DNA of 64,000 bases from Candidatus Oxydemutatoraceae bacterium (lineage in GTDB: Bacteria > Pseudomonadota > Gammaproteobacteria > Poriferisulfidales > Oxydemutatoraceae). Below the pieces are notes generated by a model. The model searched no databases, had not been told where the DNA came from, and saw nothing but the letters and a program-made list of their open reading frames with translations. Of the stretch, positions 43,520 through 57,582 are shown one piece after another. Both the position numbers and the translations under genes were made by a program. Numbering within the stretch: the stretch's first letter is position 1; the number at the start of each line of letters is the position of its first letter. Where the stretch lies: NCBI GenBank assembly GCA_965218975.1, contig OZ244717.1:128001-192000 (forward strand). Direction: 5' to 3'.

Positions 43520-43528
43520 AATTAAATT

Positions 43529-43945
43529 TCAGCCTCGCACCCAACGCTTAAAACGCTTCTTACAATATTCTAATAACGATTCATAATTTTCAAAATATAG
43601 ATGAAACCCGTCTTCCGCCGGTGCGTCGTATTCGCAATACTCATTGGAATGATCACGGCAAATTTGCGGACGTATTTCGTAAATACCGCAGATGCCATGC
43701 GGACGCAAGTGTGTGCAAGTAGTTTCAAACAGCAGATACCAACCATCGTCGTCCTTATAAATCTTAACACCTTGATGTGAAACTTGCCACAAAAGATATT
43801 CAAAATCTTCTTTACTCCTTGGTGTATCTATTTTCTGAGTTACATACTGACAGCATTTGCTACCCACACAAAAACTACACTTATTCTCCGAAGTTAATAC
43901 AATTTGCGCATCAACTTTAATCGGAATGTTCCCAAAATGTTGCAT
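43529..43945 (-). CDS. YkgJ/UPF0153 cysteine-cluster protein
   Basis: CSFC..SKCC...CTHL...CGIYEIRPQICR. Confidence 0.85.
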   Translation of the reverse strand: MQHFGNIPIKVDAQIVLTSENKCSFCVGSKCCQYVTQKIDTPRSKEDFEYLLWQVSHQGVKIYKDDDGWYLLFETTCTHLRPHGICGIYEIRPQICRDHSNEYCEYDAPAEDGFHLYFENYESLLEYCKKRFKRWVRG

Positions 43946-43948
43946 TGC

Positions 43949-44341
43949 CTAAACCGCCCTGATACTCATTTGATTAATACTCCAAGCAAAAGTACAGTCC
44001 AGTTCGGCTCTGACCCACACCAATCCGTCCAATCCGTCTTGAACTATTTTCTCAAGAGGGGTTTGGTTATTGTTCAATCGCCGGTGAGGAATATTAATCC
44101 ATACTTTTCCCATCTCTTTGTTTTGCGGAAATGTCGTACGCAAAGCTTCAATAATACCAATAAGATGCTCAAGCCTTTCTTCTAATTGCGAATCCGGAAG
44201 AAAGCGACCATCGCGCCATTCCGCCATCCGACGCGCCAACCGCCCCTCCACGCCGAGTATTTTGGCAATTTCTCCCGATTGAAGCTCCCAATCCGAAAAC
44301 ACTCGCATTACCGACCGAATCTGATCATAATTAAACTTCAT
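43949..44341 (-). CDS. Xre/MbcA/ParS antitoxin-like (DUF2384) protein
   Basis: W.L...IAKILG...LRTTFP..W...PHRRL..TPL pattern; start taken at MKFNY. Confidence 0.6.
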   Translation of the reverse strand: MKFNYDQIRSVMRVFSDWELQSGEIAKILGVEGRLARRMAEWRDGRFLPDSQLEERLEHLIGIIEALRTTFPQNKEMGKVWINIPHRRLNNNQTPLEKIVQDGLDGLVWVRAELDCTFAWSINQMSIRAV

Positions 44342-44386
44342 CGTTAAATTTTTAAGACGTAAACGAACCCTTGAGAATATATACAC

Positions 44387-44620
44387 TCAAGACCCATCTG
44401 CATAATACGGTTTTTCTCTCAAGTACTTGCCCTGAGCTTCCATCAATTCTTTTTCACGTTCGGCTATCAGGATGAAGCATTCTCGGATAGATTGTATTGT
44501 GCTGTCTTGTAACGGATGACGCATACCTTTTGAACTCGGTGTCGTATCTTTAATAATTTGTGCCAACACTTTACGCATCATGCGCATAATACGCTGCTCC
44601 TTGCTCAAACCATCCTGCAT
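44387..44620 (-). CDS. Small conserved hypothetical protein
   Basis: 77 aa ORF with GAGGA RBS, co-oriented in the metXW-cysQ run. Confidence 0.65.
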   Translation of the reverse strand: MQDGLSKEQRIMRMMRKVLAQIIKDTTPSSKGMRHPLQDSTIQSIRECFILIAEREKELMEAQGKYLREKPYYADGS

Positions 44621-44787
44621 TGTCCCGTCCTCACATAATTAAAAGCGCATTATATATAGAAGCATAAGGCTCCGGCAAAAAGAGACGATAAGTCATATTG
44701 TAGACAAGTTTACTCCGGCAAGGAAAGTGATAACGCACAAACTCGGTCAATGACGCTCACTGAAAATATCGTTCATTCTACAACATT

Positions 44788-45387
44788 TTAATCACGGGTA
44801 ATGCGATACAATGCAATCTCTCTGAACCAATTCGGCATAATCTGCGGACCGATACCAACGCGATGAGTGCAGTTAATCGCAATACGTTCCAAAATACGGA
44901 TCCTGCGTTTCGCACAAACATCTTCAAAATCTTTAACCGTACACAGATGGATATTTTCAGTTTCATACCACATCGCGGGCAATGCTTCGGTAACCGGCAT
45001 TCTTCCACGTAATAGAAATTGCAAGCGGCAGCGCCAATGCCCCATATTGGGAAAAGTGATAATTCCCTCATTACCGACGTGTAACATTTCTTCAAGCAGT
45101 TCTACCGGATTGGGTAAAGCTTGTAATGTCTGAGTCATAACGACGTAATCGAACATATTATTGTTGAAATAATGTGTCAGTCCATCGTTTAAATTAATTT
45201 GAATTACATTGACACCATTCTTAATACATCGGACAACATTCGCATCGTCTATTTCCAAACCTAACCCGCGTACGCCTCTTTGCTGCGCCAAATACTTCAA
45301 CAAGGCGCCGTCGCCACAACCCAAATCCAAAACGTTGGAGCCTCGCTGAATCCAATTGCAGATAATTTCCAGATCGGCACGCATCAT
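44788..45387 (-). CDS. metW: Methionine biosynthesis protein MetW
   Basis: [27 protein letters not shown]; downstream of metX. Confidence 0.94.
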   Translation of the reverse strand: MMRADLEIICNWIQRGSNVLDLGCGDGALLKYLAQQRGVRGLGLEIDDANVVRCIKNGVNVIQINLNDGLTHYFNNNMFDYVVMTQTLQALPNPVELLEEMLHVGNEGIITFPNMGHWRCRLQFLLRGRMPVTEALPAMWYETENIHLCTVKDFEDVCAKRRIRILERIAINCTHRVGIGPQIMPNWFREIALYRITRD

Positions 45388-46544
45388 TCGCTTTCGCGCA
45401 CTATTTCCGGCACCACTTTGCTACTCATGTAAGATTTCAGCACTTCCATATATTGCGGGATCGCCATTAAAAAAGCATCGTGTCCTTGTTGTGCAGTGAT
45501 CTCCGTGTATGTTGTACGCTTACCCGATTTCAACAGTGCATGGACAATTTCGCGCGAGCGTTCCAGCGGGAATCGCCAGTCGGTTGTAAACGAAACCACT
45601 AAAAATTGGGCATTGGTTGCAGCAAAAGCTCGCGACAATTGATCATCAAAATCGGCAGCGGGATCAAAATAATCCAGCACTTTTGTCATCAGTAAGTAAG
45701 TGTTGGCATCAAAACGGTCGACAAAGGATCTGCCTTGATAACGTAAATAACTTTCCACCTGAAAATCCACATCGAACCCGAAGCTCAACTTACCCTCGCG
45801 TAAATCACGTCCGAATTTACTCCGCATAGCATCGTCCGAAAGGTAAGTGATATGTCCCAGCATCCGCGCAAGCATTAATCCTCGCCGCGGCACGCTGTGA
45901 TCGTAATAATTGCCGCCATTAAATTCCGGGTCGGCAATAATTGCCTGTCGAGCAACTTCATTGAAAGCAATGTTTTGCGCAGATAACCTAGGCGCCGCCG
46001 CAATGACTAACGCATGTCTCAAGTCGTGCGGATAGTCAATGGCCCACTGCATTACCTGCATTCCTCCCAAACTACCGCCGATCACTGCTGCCCAACGCCC
46101 AATACCTAATGCATCGCCGAGCATTTTTTGACTACGTACCCAATCGCGCACAGTCACGATGGGGAAATCAGCCGCATATAACTTGCCGGTTTCGGGGTTG
46201 ATGGTGTTCGGCCCGCTACTTCCTTTGCAACCACCTAAATTATTCGGACAAACAAAAAAGAATTGATCCGTATCAAAAGGTTTCCCAGGCCCGATACAAG
46301 TATCCCACCATCCGGGTTTTTTATCTTTCATACTATGATAGCCTGCCGCATGTTGGTCGCTAGACAAAGCATGACAAACCAACACCGCGTTTGAAGCATC
46401 TTTATTCAATTTGCCATACGTTTCATATGCAAGCGTAAAATTAGGTAAAATGCGCTCACAATCCAATAGCAACGACTGACGAATTGATATGGTCTGCGGT
46501 CGGACAATTCCAACAGAATCAAATGGTATGTTGTCTGGCATCAA
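45384..46544 (-). CDS. metX: Homoserine O-acyltransferase
   Basis: [31 protein letters not shown]. Confidence 0.95.
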   Translation of the reverse strand: MMPDNIPFDSVGIVRPQTISIRQSLLLDCERILPNFTLAYETYGKLNKDASNAVLVCHALSSDQHAAGYHSMKDKKPGWWDTCIGPGKPFDTDQFFFVCPNNLGGCKGSSGPNTINPETGKLYAADFPIVTVRDWVRSQKMLGDALGIGRWAAVIGGSLGGMQVMQWAIDYPHDLRHALVIAAAPRLSAQNIAFNEVARQAIIADPEFNGGNYYDHSVPRRGLMLARMLGHITYLSDDAMRSKFGRDLREGKLSFGFDVDFQVESYLRYQGRSFVDRFDANTYLLMTKVLDYFDPAADFDDQLSRAFAATNAQFLVVSFTTDWRFPLERSREIVHALLKSGKRTTYTEITAQQGHDAFLMAIPQYMEVLKSYMSSKVVPEIVRESE

Positions 46545-46887
46545 ACTCTTCGAGGACTATTCCTTGTTTTGCATTTATCGGAATTATATAGATAGTCGGC
46601 AGTGAGTGCAGTAACACGTATCATCGTCACCGCATTTTAGGTTTTTCGAAACTATTCAGCCTTTACTTTTCTATTTCTGTAAAAATGGTGATCCGATGAA
46701 AATTTCATCATTTCCTACAAAGTATCATGCCCAAAAAACACGGACAGAAATGACCTGTTAAGTTAAGGGGACGACATATACTGCTCTAATTAAGTAATGG
46801 GTAAAAATAAACAAGATGATGACGTTTTTTTGCATAACCTCAGCAGATGCGTATAATGCTTCCCCTTTAGTTACGATAAATTTTATT

Positions 46888-47100
46888 ATGCCGGGAGTAA
46901 AAGTTAAAGAAAACGAACCTTTTGATGTCGCATTGCGCCGATTTCGCCGGTCCTGCGAAAAAGCCGGAATCCTAACCGAAATACGGAGGCGAGAGTTTTA
47001 TGAAAAACCGACAACTATTCGCAAACGCAAAGCCGCCGCTGCGGTCAAACGGCAACGCAAACAAAACGGTCTCTTTCCTCGCCACAACCGCCTTTATTGA
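46888..47100 (+). CDS. rpsU: 30S ribosomal protein S21
   Basis: [35 protein letters not shown]; ATG at 46888. Confidence 0.97.
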   Translation: MPGVKVKENEPFDVALRRFRRSCEKAGILTEIRRREFYEKPTTIRKRKAAAAVKRQRKQNGLFPRHNRLY

Positions 47101-50086
<2,986 letters not shown>

Positions 50087-50095
50087 ACGGTTCGT

Positions 50096-51853
50096 TTAGT
50101 AATCGCCGTGTACAATTTCGACTTGCGGCATTCCCCAACAAACATGCCCCATATCTTGCGCCATTTGCCCTAATCCTTCCGTTTCAATATAGTGGCGATA
50201 AGGGTGCGGCGGAAAAATTAATCCTTTGCGATGAATATCAGCATTTACCAAAAGCATCGTACCGCCTACACCGTCCAACTCAACATAATCCGTATCGGGA
50301 AAATGTTTTAGATAATAACGTCCGTAACCGACCGGCGGTTGCAAAATACCGTCAATCAGATATCGTTCCCAATCAAGCGTATCCGCATCTTCACGTAACT
50401 TAAAAGTATTCAAATCAAAAGTATCGCCATTCTCTCCGACACAATGCGGCACAACAATATCTTTACCGGACTGTAAGAGGTGAAGAAATGTATCCTCATG
50501 CCAACTGAGAAGGTCCGCATCAACCCATAATACCCACGCCTCATCGCGCAATGTCCTGCTTAATAATACGTTGCGGCTTTGTGCCAAAATCGACCGCCGC
50601 CGGAACTGTTGGCCGACGGCCCAACGTTGCCCTCGCATACGATAAGCAAAATCTTGTTTATGCAACTCAACGCGCGCATATTTCTTACGCAATTCAGGCA
50701 ATAACTCTTTGAGCAAATCGTAAGAACCGTCATCGCTGTCACTCTCAAGCAAACCGATGGAAATTTTTTTCTCGGGATAATCCGTGCCGGCAAGATTCTG
50801 GAAAAACCTTGGAATGTGCGACATGGCATTTTTAACCGGCGTCAAAATCAATAAATCCGGATAGGCATCGGGACGCTTGACTACAGGCAAAGGTTTCGAA
50901 GTATCCTCATGCATCGCTTTGGTTTCCGCCTTTGTAGCCAAATCAATACCATATTCCGCCGACAAATCACGCAACTTTACCGCATATTGATCGCCGCAAT
51001 AACGATACGAGTGTTGCCGGATAATCTTCTTATAATGTCCGACCCCCCAAGTGTTTTGCCCATGAAAAACGTAAATATAGGCATCCGGTCGGTCACATAA
51101 TGCCGTTCTCGCAGTGCGTACAATTGCATTACACACCACCGTATCCTCGCCTTTTTTCATCGGCGCATAATCGGGAACCAACCGCTTCTCGCAAACCATT
51201 GTGCCCTCTGCCATGCAATAGCCGGAAATATCTAAACGATGCCGCTCAGGAGACCACAAAAGCTGACGATGCAAAAAGCAGACTTCAACTTCCAATGCCC
51301 GAATGACGCCCATTTGCAATGATAATCTGTCGGGGTGGCTCAGATCGTCATCGTCCCATTGCGCAATGTATTCTCCGCTCGCATGGTCTAACGATACATT
51401 GCGCAAGTGGCCTAGCGAATAATTTTTATTCGGTAAACGAATATGCACAATCGATGCATCCGACAAAGAATCCGTCCATTGCTTTAACCGATCGTCAGAA
51501 TCATAATCAATAATAATCAGTTCTTTACTCGGATAACTTTGTCTGCGAAAGCATTCAATTGATTTCTGCGCCAGCGAGAACCGCTTGCGTGTTATCATCA
51601 GGCAAGAAATTTTAGGATGAGACGACTGTTGTAAAATATCGTAAGCAACCGGCAAATCAACCGCAGCATGCGATACACACCGTCCGTGCACTAAACAGCT
51701 TGTCCAAACCTGCGATGCGGATAAAGGAGGCAGGACAAGCGGTGAAGGAATCTTAAAACTCCACCGAAAACCTTTTTCAGGATGAAGTAAGAAATAAAAG
51801 CGCCGTGCCCAACATCCGGACCAATTCCGAATCTGTCGCTCTAGACTATTCAT
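50096..51853 (-). CDS. GT2 + Anp1/Mnn9 (GT62-like) glycosyltransferase fusion, copy 1
   Basis: GT2: ISCLMIT..QSY..ELIIID..AQWDDDD; Anp1-like: LILTPVKNA..SRN.LL..WVLWVDAD..FDLN..LDGVGG..FP..IETEGL..MA..MG. Confidence 0.8.
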   Translation of the reverse strand: MNSLERQIRNWSGCWARRFYFLLHPEKGFRWSFKIPSPLVLPPLSASQVWTSCLVHGRCVSHAAVDLPVAYDILQQSSHPKISCLMITRKRFSLAQKSIECFRRQSYPSKELIIIDYDSDDRLKQWTDSLSDASIVHIRLPNKNYSLGHLRNVSLDHASGEYIAQWDDDDLSHPDRLSLQMGVIRALEVEVCFLHRQLLWSPERHRLDISGYCMAEGTMVCEKRLVPDYAPMKKGEDTVVCNAIVRTARTALCDRPDAYIYVFHGQNTWGVGHYKKIIRQHSYRYCGDQYAVKLRDLSAEYGIDLATKAETKAMHEDTSKPLPVVKRPDAYPDLLILTPVKNAMSHIPRFFQNLAGTDYPEKKISIGLLESDSDDGSYDLLKELLPELRKKYARVELHKQDFAYRMRGQRWAVGQQFRRRSILAQSRNVLLSRTLRDEAWVLWVDADLLSWHEDTFLHLLQSGKDIVVPHCVGENGDTFDLNTFKLREDADTLDWERYLIDGILQPPVGYGRYYLKHFPDTDYVELDGVGGTMLLVNADIHRKGLIFPPHPYRHYIETEGLGQMAQDMGHVCWGMPQVEIVHGDY

Positions 51854-52292
51854 TTCTTATACCCCGCAACAAGTACATAAACCGAAGCGGATATTTTCAT
51901 CCGAGCAGCAAAATCCAATCTGTCTGCAGGTTAAAACAAATCACAAGGCTGACCGGGATTCTGCGTCAACGTAAAAACATCCGGCTCTATTTGAACATGG
52001 ATCAAATGTATCGCCAAGTTGGCTTTCACGGAAGATAACCGATTGGCATAGTCTGTTCCCCGGAAACATTCCGGATACCGGCAGGATCAAGAGGCTTTTA
52101 CACATTTGATTAGAATGAATATAAGGCGTTACACCACTCCCGCCATTGTGGAAACGCCTTGGCTTTCAACTCCGATAAGCAATCTTGTCTTGGCCTTTTG
52201 GCATAGCTATTGCCCATAGCAAGGCGTCTAATAAGTCTCAGAAAAATCGCTCATCCGCTTATCAATCTGCCCATTGTGCGACTTACTATTGC

Positions 52293-54062
52293 TTAGTAAT
52301 CGCCGTGTACAATTTCGACTTGCGGCATTCCCCAACAAACATGCCCCATATCTTGCGCCATTTGCCCTAATCCTTCCGTTTCAATATAGTGGCGATAAGG
52401 GTGCGGCGGAAAAATTAATCCTTTGCGATGAATATCAGCATTTACCAAAAGCATCGTACCGCCTACACCGTCCAACTCAACATAATCCGTATCGGGAAAA
52501 TGTTTTAGATAATAACGTCCGTAACCGACCGGCGGTTGCAAAATACCGTCAATCAGATATCGTTCCCAATCAAGCGTATCCGCATCTTCACGTAACTTAA
52601 AAGTATTCAAATCAAAAGTATCGCCATTCTCTCCGACACAATGCGGCACAACAATATCTTTACCGGACTGTAAGAGGTGAAGAAATGTATCCTCATGCCA
52701 ACTGAGAAGGTCCGCATCAACCCATAATACCCACGCCTCATCGCGCAATGTCCTGCTTAATAATACGTTGCGGCTTTGTGCCAAAATCGACCGCCGCCGG
52801 AACTGTTGGCCGACGGCCCAACGTTGCCCTCGCATACGATAAGCAAAATCTTGTTTATGCAACTCAACGCGCGCATATTTCTTACGCAATTCAGGCAATA
52901 ACTCTTTGAGCAAATCGTAAGAACCGTCATCGCTGTCACTCTCAAGCAAACCGATGGAAATTTTTTTCTCGGGATAATCCGTGCCGGCAAGATTCTGGAA
53001 AAACCTTGGAATGTGCGGCATGGCATTTTTAACCGGCGTCAAAATCAATAAATCCGGATAGGCATCGGGACGCTTGACTACAGGCAAAGGTTTCGAAGTA
53101 TCCTCATGCATCGCTTTGGTTTCCGCCTTTGTAGCCAAATCAATACCATATTCCGCCGACAAATCACGCAACTTTACCGCATATTGATCACCGCAATAAC
53201 GATACGAGTGTTGCCGGATAATCTTCTTATAATGTCCGACTCCCCAAGTGTTTTGCCCATGAAAAACGTAAATATAGGCATCCGGTCGGTCACATAATGC
53301 CGTTCTCGCAGTGCGTACAATCGTATCGCACACCGCCGTATCCTCGCCTTTTTTCATCGGCGCATAATCGGGAACCAACCGCTTCTCGCAAACCATTGTG
53401 TTCTCTGCCATACAATAGCCGGAAATATCTAAACAATGCCGTTCGGGAAACCACAAAAGCTGACGATGCAAAAAGCAGACTTCAACTTCCAATGCCCGAA
53501 TGACGCCCATTTGCAATGATAATCTGTCGGGGTGGCTCAGATCGTCATCGTCCCATTGCGCAATGTATTCTCCGCTCGCATGGTCTAACGATACATTGCG
53601 CAAGTGGCCTAGCGAATGATTTTTATTCGGTAAACGAATATGCACAATCGATGCATCCGACAAAGAATCCGTCCATTGCTTTAACTGATCATCAGAATCA
53701 TCGTCAATAATAATCAGTTCTTTACTCGAATAACTTTGTCTGCGAAAGCATTCAATTGATTTCTGCACCAGCGAGAACCTCTTGCGCGTTATCATCAGGC
53801 AGGAAATTTTGGGATGAGACGACTGTCGCAAAATATCGTAAGCAACCGGCAAATCAACCGCAGCATGCGATACACACCGTCCGTGCACTAAGCAACTTGT
53901 CCAAACCTGCGGCGCGGGTAAGGGGCGCGGGGCAAGCGGTGAAGGAATCTTAAAACTCCAATAGCGTAAATATTGCCAGCTTTCTCCGGGACGAAGTAAA
54001 ATATAAAAGCGCCGTCCCCAACGCTTAATCCAATTCCGGGTACATTGTTTTAATTTACTCAT
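52293..54062 (-). CDS. GT2 + Anp1/Mnn9 glycosyltransferase fusion, copy 2
   Basis: Near-identical to copy 1 at an offset of 2197 bp. Confidence 0.8.
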   Translation of the reverse strand: MSKLKQCTRNWIKRWGRRFYILLRPGESWQYLRYWSFKIPSPLAPRPLPAPQVWTSCLVHGRCVSHAAVDLPVAYDILRQSSHPKISCLMITRKRFSLVQKSIECFRRQSYSSKELIIIDDDSDDQLKQWTDSLSDASIVHIRLPNKNHSLGHLRNVSLDHASGEYIAQWDDDDLSHPDRLSLQMGVIRALEVEVCFLHRQLLWFPERHCLDISGYCMAENTMVCEKRLVPDYAPMKKGEDTAVCDTIVRTARTALCDRPDAYIYVFHGQNTWGVGHYKKIIRQHSYRYCGDQYAVKLRDLSAEYGIDLATKAETKAMHEDTSKPLPVVKRPDAYPDLLILTPVKNAMPHIPRFFQNLAGTDYPEKKISIGLLESDSDDGSYDLLKELLPELRKKYARVELHKQDFAYRMRGQRWAVGQQFRRRSILAQSRNVLLSRTLRDEAWVLWVDADLLSWHEDTFLHLLQSGKDIVVPHCVGENGDTFDLNTFKLREDADTLDWERYLIDGILQPPVGYGRYYLKHFPDTDYVELDGVGGTMLLVNADIHRKGLIFPPHPYRHYIETEGLGQMAQDMGHVCWGMPQVEIVHGDY

Positions 54063-54774
54063 TTTTTGTATTCCATAACAAACGCTGAACCATTCTAATT
54101 AAACCGCGTCCACGCCACCACGTTCCTTGCCAATGATGAATAGCGTATGCATCATCAAGATCCCAACTTGATCGCTGCAGATAAATTTGATCTTTATCGA
54201 CCGGGTAAAGCTTTCGGTAAGATTCGATGCTAATATCGGCTTTGTTCGGGTAAGTAGAATAAGCTTGGGAAGCAAGCAGCGGTCCGGTACTAATCAATAC
54301 ATCGTCGGTGATTTTTTGCATCGTCATCAGATGAATCAAATGATCTAAAAACGGATGCTGCGGAACGGATGCTATAAAAGCATTGCAAAGTATCTTACCG
54401 TCTGCCGGTTTTTCGGAAAGTTTATATAGATGTGACGGCGGTTCGCAACCGATGACCAACTGTTTGTTTTCAAGCAATTGATCTACCGAACGCAAACACT
54501 CGAAGTCTAAATCAACATAAATCCCGCCGTAGTGCTTTAAGATAAAATAGCGTGCCGCATCGGCCCGCATAATATTTTCAGGATACATTTCGTATGTCGG
54601 TACGAACCACGCATAATATTTTTCCAAAAACTCGAGATTATCTTTATCGGTCCAGAAACGATGTTCGGAATTAGGATGATACCGCATCCATGTCGCGCGA
54701 AATTGCTTAAATTGCTGCGGCAACCGCTGCGATTTCCATGTTTGATGGAAAATGTAGGGAATATAGCGTGCCAC
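54055..54774 (-). CDS. GT32 DXD glycosyltransferase (Och1/Sur1-like mannosyltransferase)
   Basis: IPYIFHQTWK..FWTD..RADAARYFILKHYGGIYVDLD..NAFIAS.P.HPF..TGP..HHWQGTW. Confidence 0.87.
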   Translation of the reverse strand: MARYIPYIFHQTWKSQRLPQQFKQFRATWMRYHPNSEHRFWTDKDNLEFLEKYYAWFVPTYEMYPENIMRADAARYFILKHYGGIYVDLDFECLRSVDQLLENKQLVIGCEPPSHLYKLSEKPADGKILCNAFIASVPQHPFLDHLIHLMTMQKITDDVLISTGPLLASQAYSTYPNKADISIESYRKLYPVDKDQIYLQRSSWDLDDAYAIHHWQGTWWRGRGLIRMVQRLLWNTKNE

Positions 54775-54782
54775 GATTTAGT

Positions 54783-57191
54783 TCAGAAAAGCATCTGATC
54801 AAGATCACCACCGGGAATACCTTTTGCTCCCGGTGCGTCGGCAATACCTTTTGGAAGATAGTCTTTGCGGAAAGTTTCTATAATTGCGCTTTCATCGGCA
54901 GGATGCGCCAGCAACCCATTCACAATATTGATGCGCGCCGATATAATGTCATCCGGTTTATAGAAATTCGTTTCAGGTTTATCTTTCAAAACCCGCCCCA
55001 TAAAATCAATCCACATTGGCAAAGCGGCGCGACTACCGGTTTCATGACGCCCTAATGGCCTAACATCATCAAAACCGACCCAAACGGTACAAACAATATC
55101 ACGGTTGAAACCACTAAACCATGTATCACGCTGATCATCCGTCGTACCGGTCTTTCCCGCTAAATCGTTACGTCCCAACGATCCGGCACGCCGACCGGTA
55201 CCACTTCGGATAACATCTTGCATCATGCTGGTAATTTGATAAGCGACCCCCGAAGAAATAATCGACGGGGCGGGATATGGCAGAGAGGGCGATCCATCAG
55301 ACACCCTATTTGCCACCGTGCCTGCCGACGCAAATGTTGCGGTCGGCGTACTAGTCGGAAGCAAACATTCGATACAGGCAGTTAGCAGAGATTCTTGATA
55401 AATCAGTGTGTCATTAAGATAAATTTCATCAACTAAATAAGCATTCACCTTAAAGCCCCCGTTAGCAAAGGTCGCATAACCAGTTGCCATCTCAATCGGC
55501 GATGCTGCTCCTGAACCCAACGCAAAAGTTAGATTATGCGGCAAGCTAGTTCGCTCAAAACCGAATTGCAGAACATGATCAATCACAGTACGTAGCCCCA
55601 TCTCATCAACTAAACGAACTGAAATCAAATTACGCGAATGCTTCAGTGCTTCGCGTAGTCGCGTCGGACCAAAAAATTTGCCGCTATAATTCGACGGACG
55701 CCAATCTTGACGCGTGCCTTGATTACTAAATACAACCGGAGTATCTGTAATAATACTTGCCGGAGTGTACCCTCGCGTTAGCGCCGCCGAGTAGATAAAC
55801 GGCTTGAAGCTTGACCCCGGCTGGCGCTTGGATTGCACCGCCCGATTAAATTTACTCAGTTGAAAATCATAACCGCCCGATAAAGCCAACACCGCACCAT
55901 TATTCGGCTGCAACGCGACAATCGCACCGGCGACATCAGGCACTTGCCTGAGTGTCCACCCTTGACTTTGTTTTATCAAACGCACCACTTGCCCGGCAGT
56001 TAGTACATCCGATGCGGTCTCAGGCGGCAACCCACGTTGATTTTCATTGATGTACGCACGTGCCCAAGTATATTGTTTTTCATCCAGAACTATTGCCCGA
56101 CTGTCCGCCAAAACCGCTTGTGCACTGCTTGCTAAAACGGCGGTAATGACCGCCGGCTGCAACTCGCCGATCGGAAAATAGTTTGCAAGAATTATCTCCG
56201 GCGATTGCTCCTTTAAATCAAAGATTGCTTCGCTGCCACGCCAGCCATGACGTAAATCATAAGCACGCAAAGATTTTCTCAGACTTTCATCGGCATATCG
56301 TTGATATTGGCCATTCAACGTAGTAATCACAGTATAACCACCGGTGTAAGCGTCATCTCCATAACGCTCAACCATTTCTGCACGTACCATTTCGGCAACG
56401 TAAGGTGCGCTCACATCTAATGGCGCTCGGTGCCAAGTCGCAGTCACCGGACTCGATACTGCACTTTCGAATTGTTCGAGCGTAATCATTTCCAACTCAA
56501 GCATTCTTTTCAAGACTGCGTTTCTACGAGTAATCGCAGCGGTCGGATACGACAGAGGATTGTATCGTGAAGGCCCTTTGGGCAAACCGGCAATCATCGC
56601 CATTTGCGCTAAATTCAAATCACCGACAGATTTACCATAATAGACTTGCACTGCCGCACCGACTCCGTACGCATGATGCCCTAAAAAGATTTTATTAAGG
56701 TACAAATTAAGAATTTCCTGTTTGTTGAATTGCCGCTCTATTAGCAAGGCAAGAAAAATTTCCTTCAGTTTACGTTTATATGTCCGCGTACTAGTTAGGA
56801 AATAATTACGCGCCAATTGCATCGTAATCGTACTTCCGCCTTGTTTTTTCTCTCCGGTACGAAACAGGATAATAGCGGCACGCAGCAGCCCCTCATAATC
56901 AATACCGGGGTGTTCAAAAAAACGATCATCTTCAATTGCAAGAAACGCTTGAATCAAAGTTGGCGGAATTTCCGAATACTCAATAGGAATTCGTCGTTTC
57001 TCTCCGAATTCACCCATCAGCTCACGGTCCGCAGTGTAAATCCGCAACGGTGTTTGCAAATGAATCTCCTTGAGCTTTGCCACCGACGGCAAATCCGTAG
57101 CAACATAAAAATAAGCGAGTAAGACCACGGCGACACCTACTACGAACAGACTCGGGACGATGTATAAAATTCTCTTAAGCAACAGATTCAT
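54783..57191 (-). CDS. mrcA: Penicillin-binding protein 1A
   Basis: EDDRF, GGSTITMQLARN, RKLKE; SSFK, SRN, KTGT. Confidence 0.95.
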   Translation of the reverse strand: MNLLLKRILYIVPSLFVVGVAVVLLAYFYVATDLPSVAKLKEIHLQTPLRIYTADRELMGEFGEKRRIPIEYSEIPPTLIQAFLAIEDDRFFEHPGIDYEGLLRAAIILFRTGEKKQGGSTITMQLARNYFLTSTRTYKRKLKEIFLALLIERQFNKQEILNLYLNKIFLGHHAYGVGAAVQVYYGKSVGDLNLAQMAMIAGLPKGPSRYNPLSYPTAAITRRNAVLKRMLELEMITLEQFESAVSSPVTATWHRAPLDVSAPYVAEMVRAEMVERYGDDAYTGGYTVITTLNGQYQRYADESLRKSLRAYDLRHGWRGSEAIFDLKEQSPEIILANYFPIGELQPAVITAVLASSAQAVLADSRAIVLDEKQYTWARAYINENQRGLPPETASDVLTAGQVVRLIKQSQGWTLRQVPDVAGAIVALQPNNGAVLALSGGYDFQLSKFNRAVQSKRQPGSSFKPFIYSAALTRGYTPASIITDTPVVFSNQGTRQDWRPSNYSGKFFGPTRLREALKHSRNLISVRLVDEMGLRTVIDHVLQFGFERTSLPHNLTFALGSGAASPIEMATGYATFANGGFKVNAYLVDEIYLNDTLIYQESLLTACIECLLPTSTPTATFASAGTVANRVSDGSPSLPYPAPSIISSGVAYQITSMMQDVIRSGTGRRAGSLGRNDLAGKTGTTDDQRDTWFSGFNRDIVCTVWVGFDDVRPLGRHETGSRAALPMWIDFMGRVLKDKPETNFYKPDDIISARINIVNGLLAHPADESAIIETFRKDYLPKGIADAPGAKGIPGGDLDQMLF

Positions 57192-57359
57192 ACAGGCAAA
57201 AAGTTGTATAAACAGTTAGTATAATACCAATTACTATTCATATCCGTATGACTGTACGATGTTACCCTAAATGGGATTCTTGAAGGGCTTCGGAGGAAGC
57301 GTTCGGCAGTAACATTCGGATCGGCGCTTTCTGTCCGTTGCCGGCATGAGGACGGTGCA

Positions 57360-57582
57360 GGGTGAGATGCGCCCGGAAAACCGATCGGTTTTCAGCGGCG
57401 AACGACCCGACAAGGACGTCGGGGCTGGCGCTCATTGACAGAACCCAGTCTCGTCATGGACGAGCAGGGTGAGACGCGCCCGGAAAACCGATCGGTTTTC
57501 AGCGGCGAACGACCCGACAAGGACGTCGGGGCTGGCGTTCATTGACAGAACCAAGTCTCGTCATGGACGACAGACACTTTGC
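57360..57582 (+). repeat. Hairpin repeat dimer (107 bp period)
   Basis: GGGTGAG at 57360 and 57467. Confidence 0.92.

Noticed and set aside
46545-46887. SAM riboswitch upstream of metX
   Set aside because: No recognisable SAM-I/II/SAH consensus by eye; an Rfam scan would be needed.
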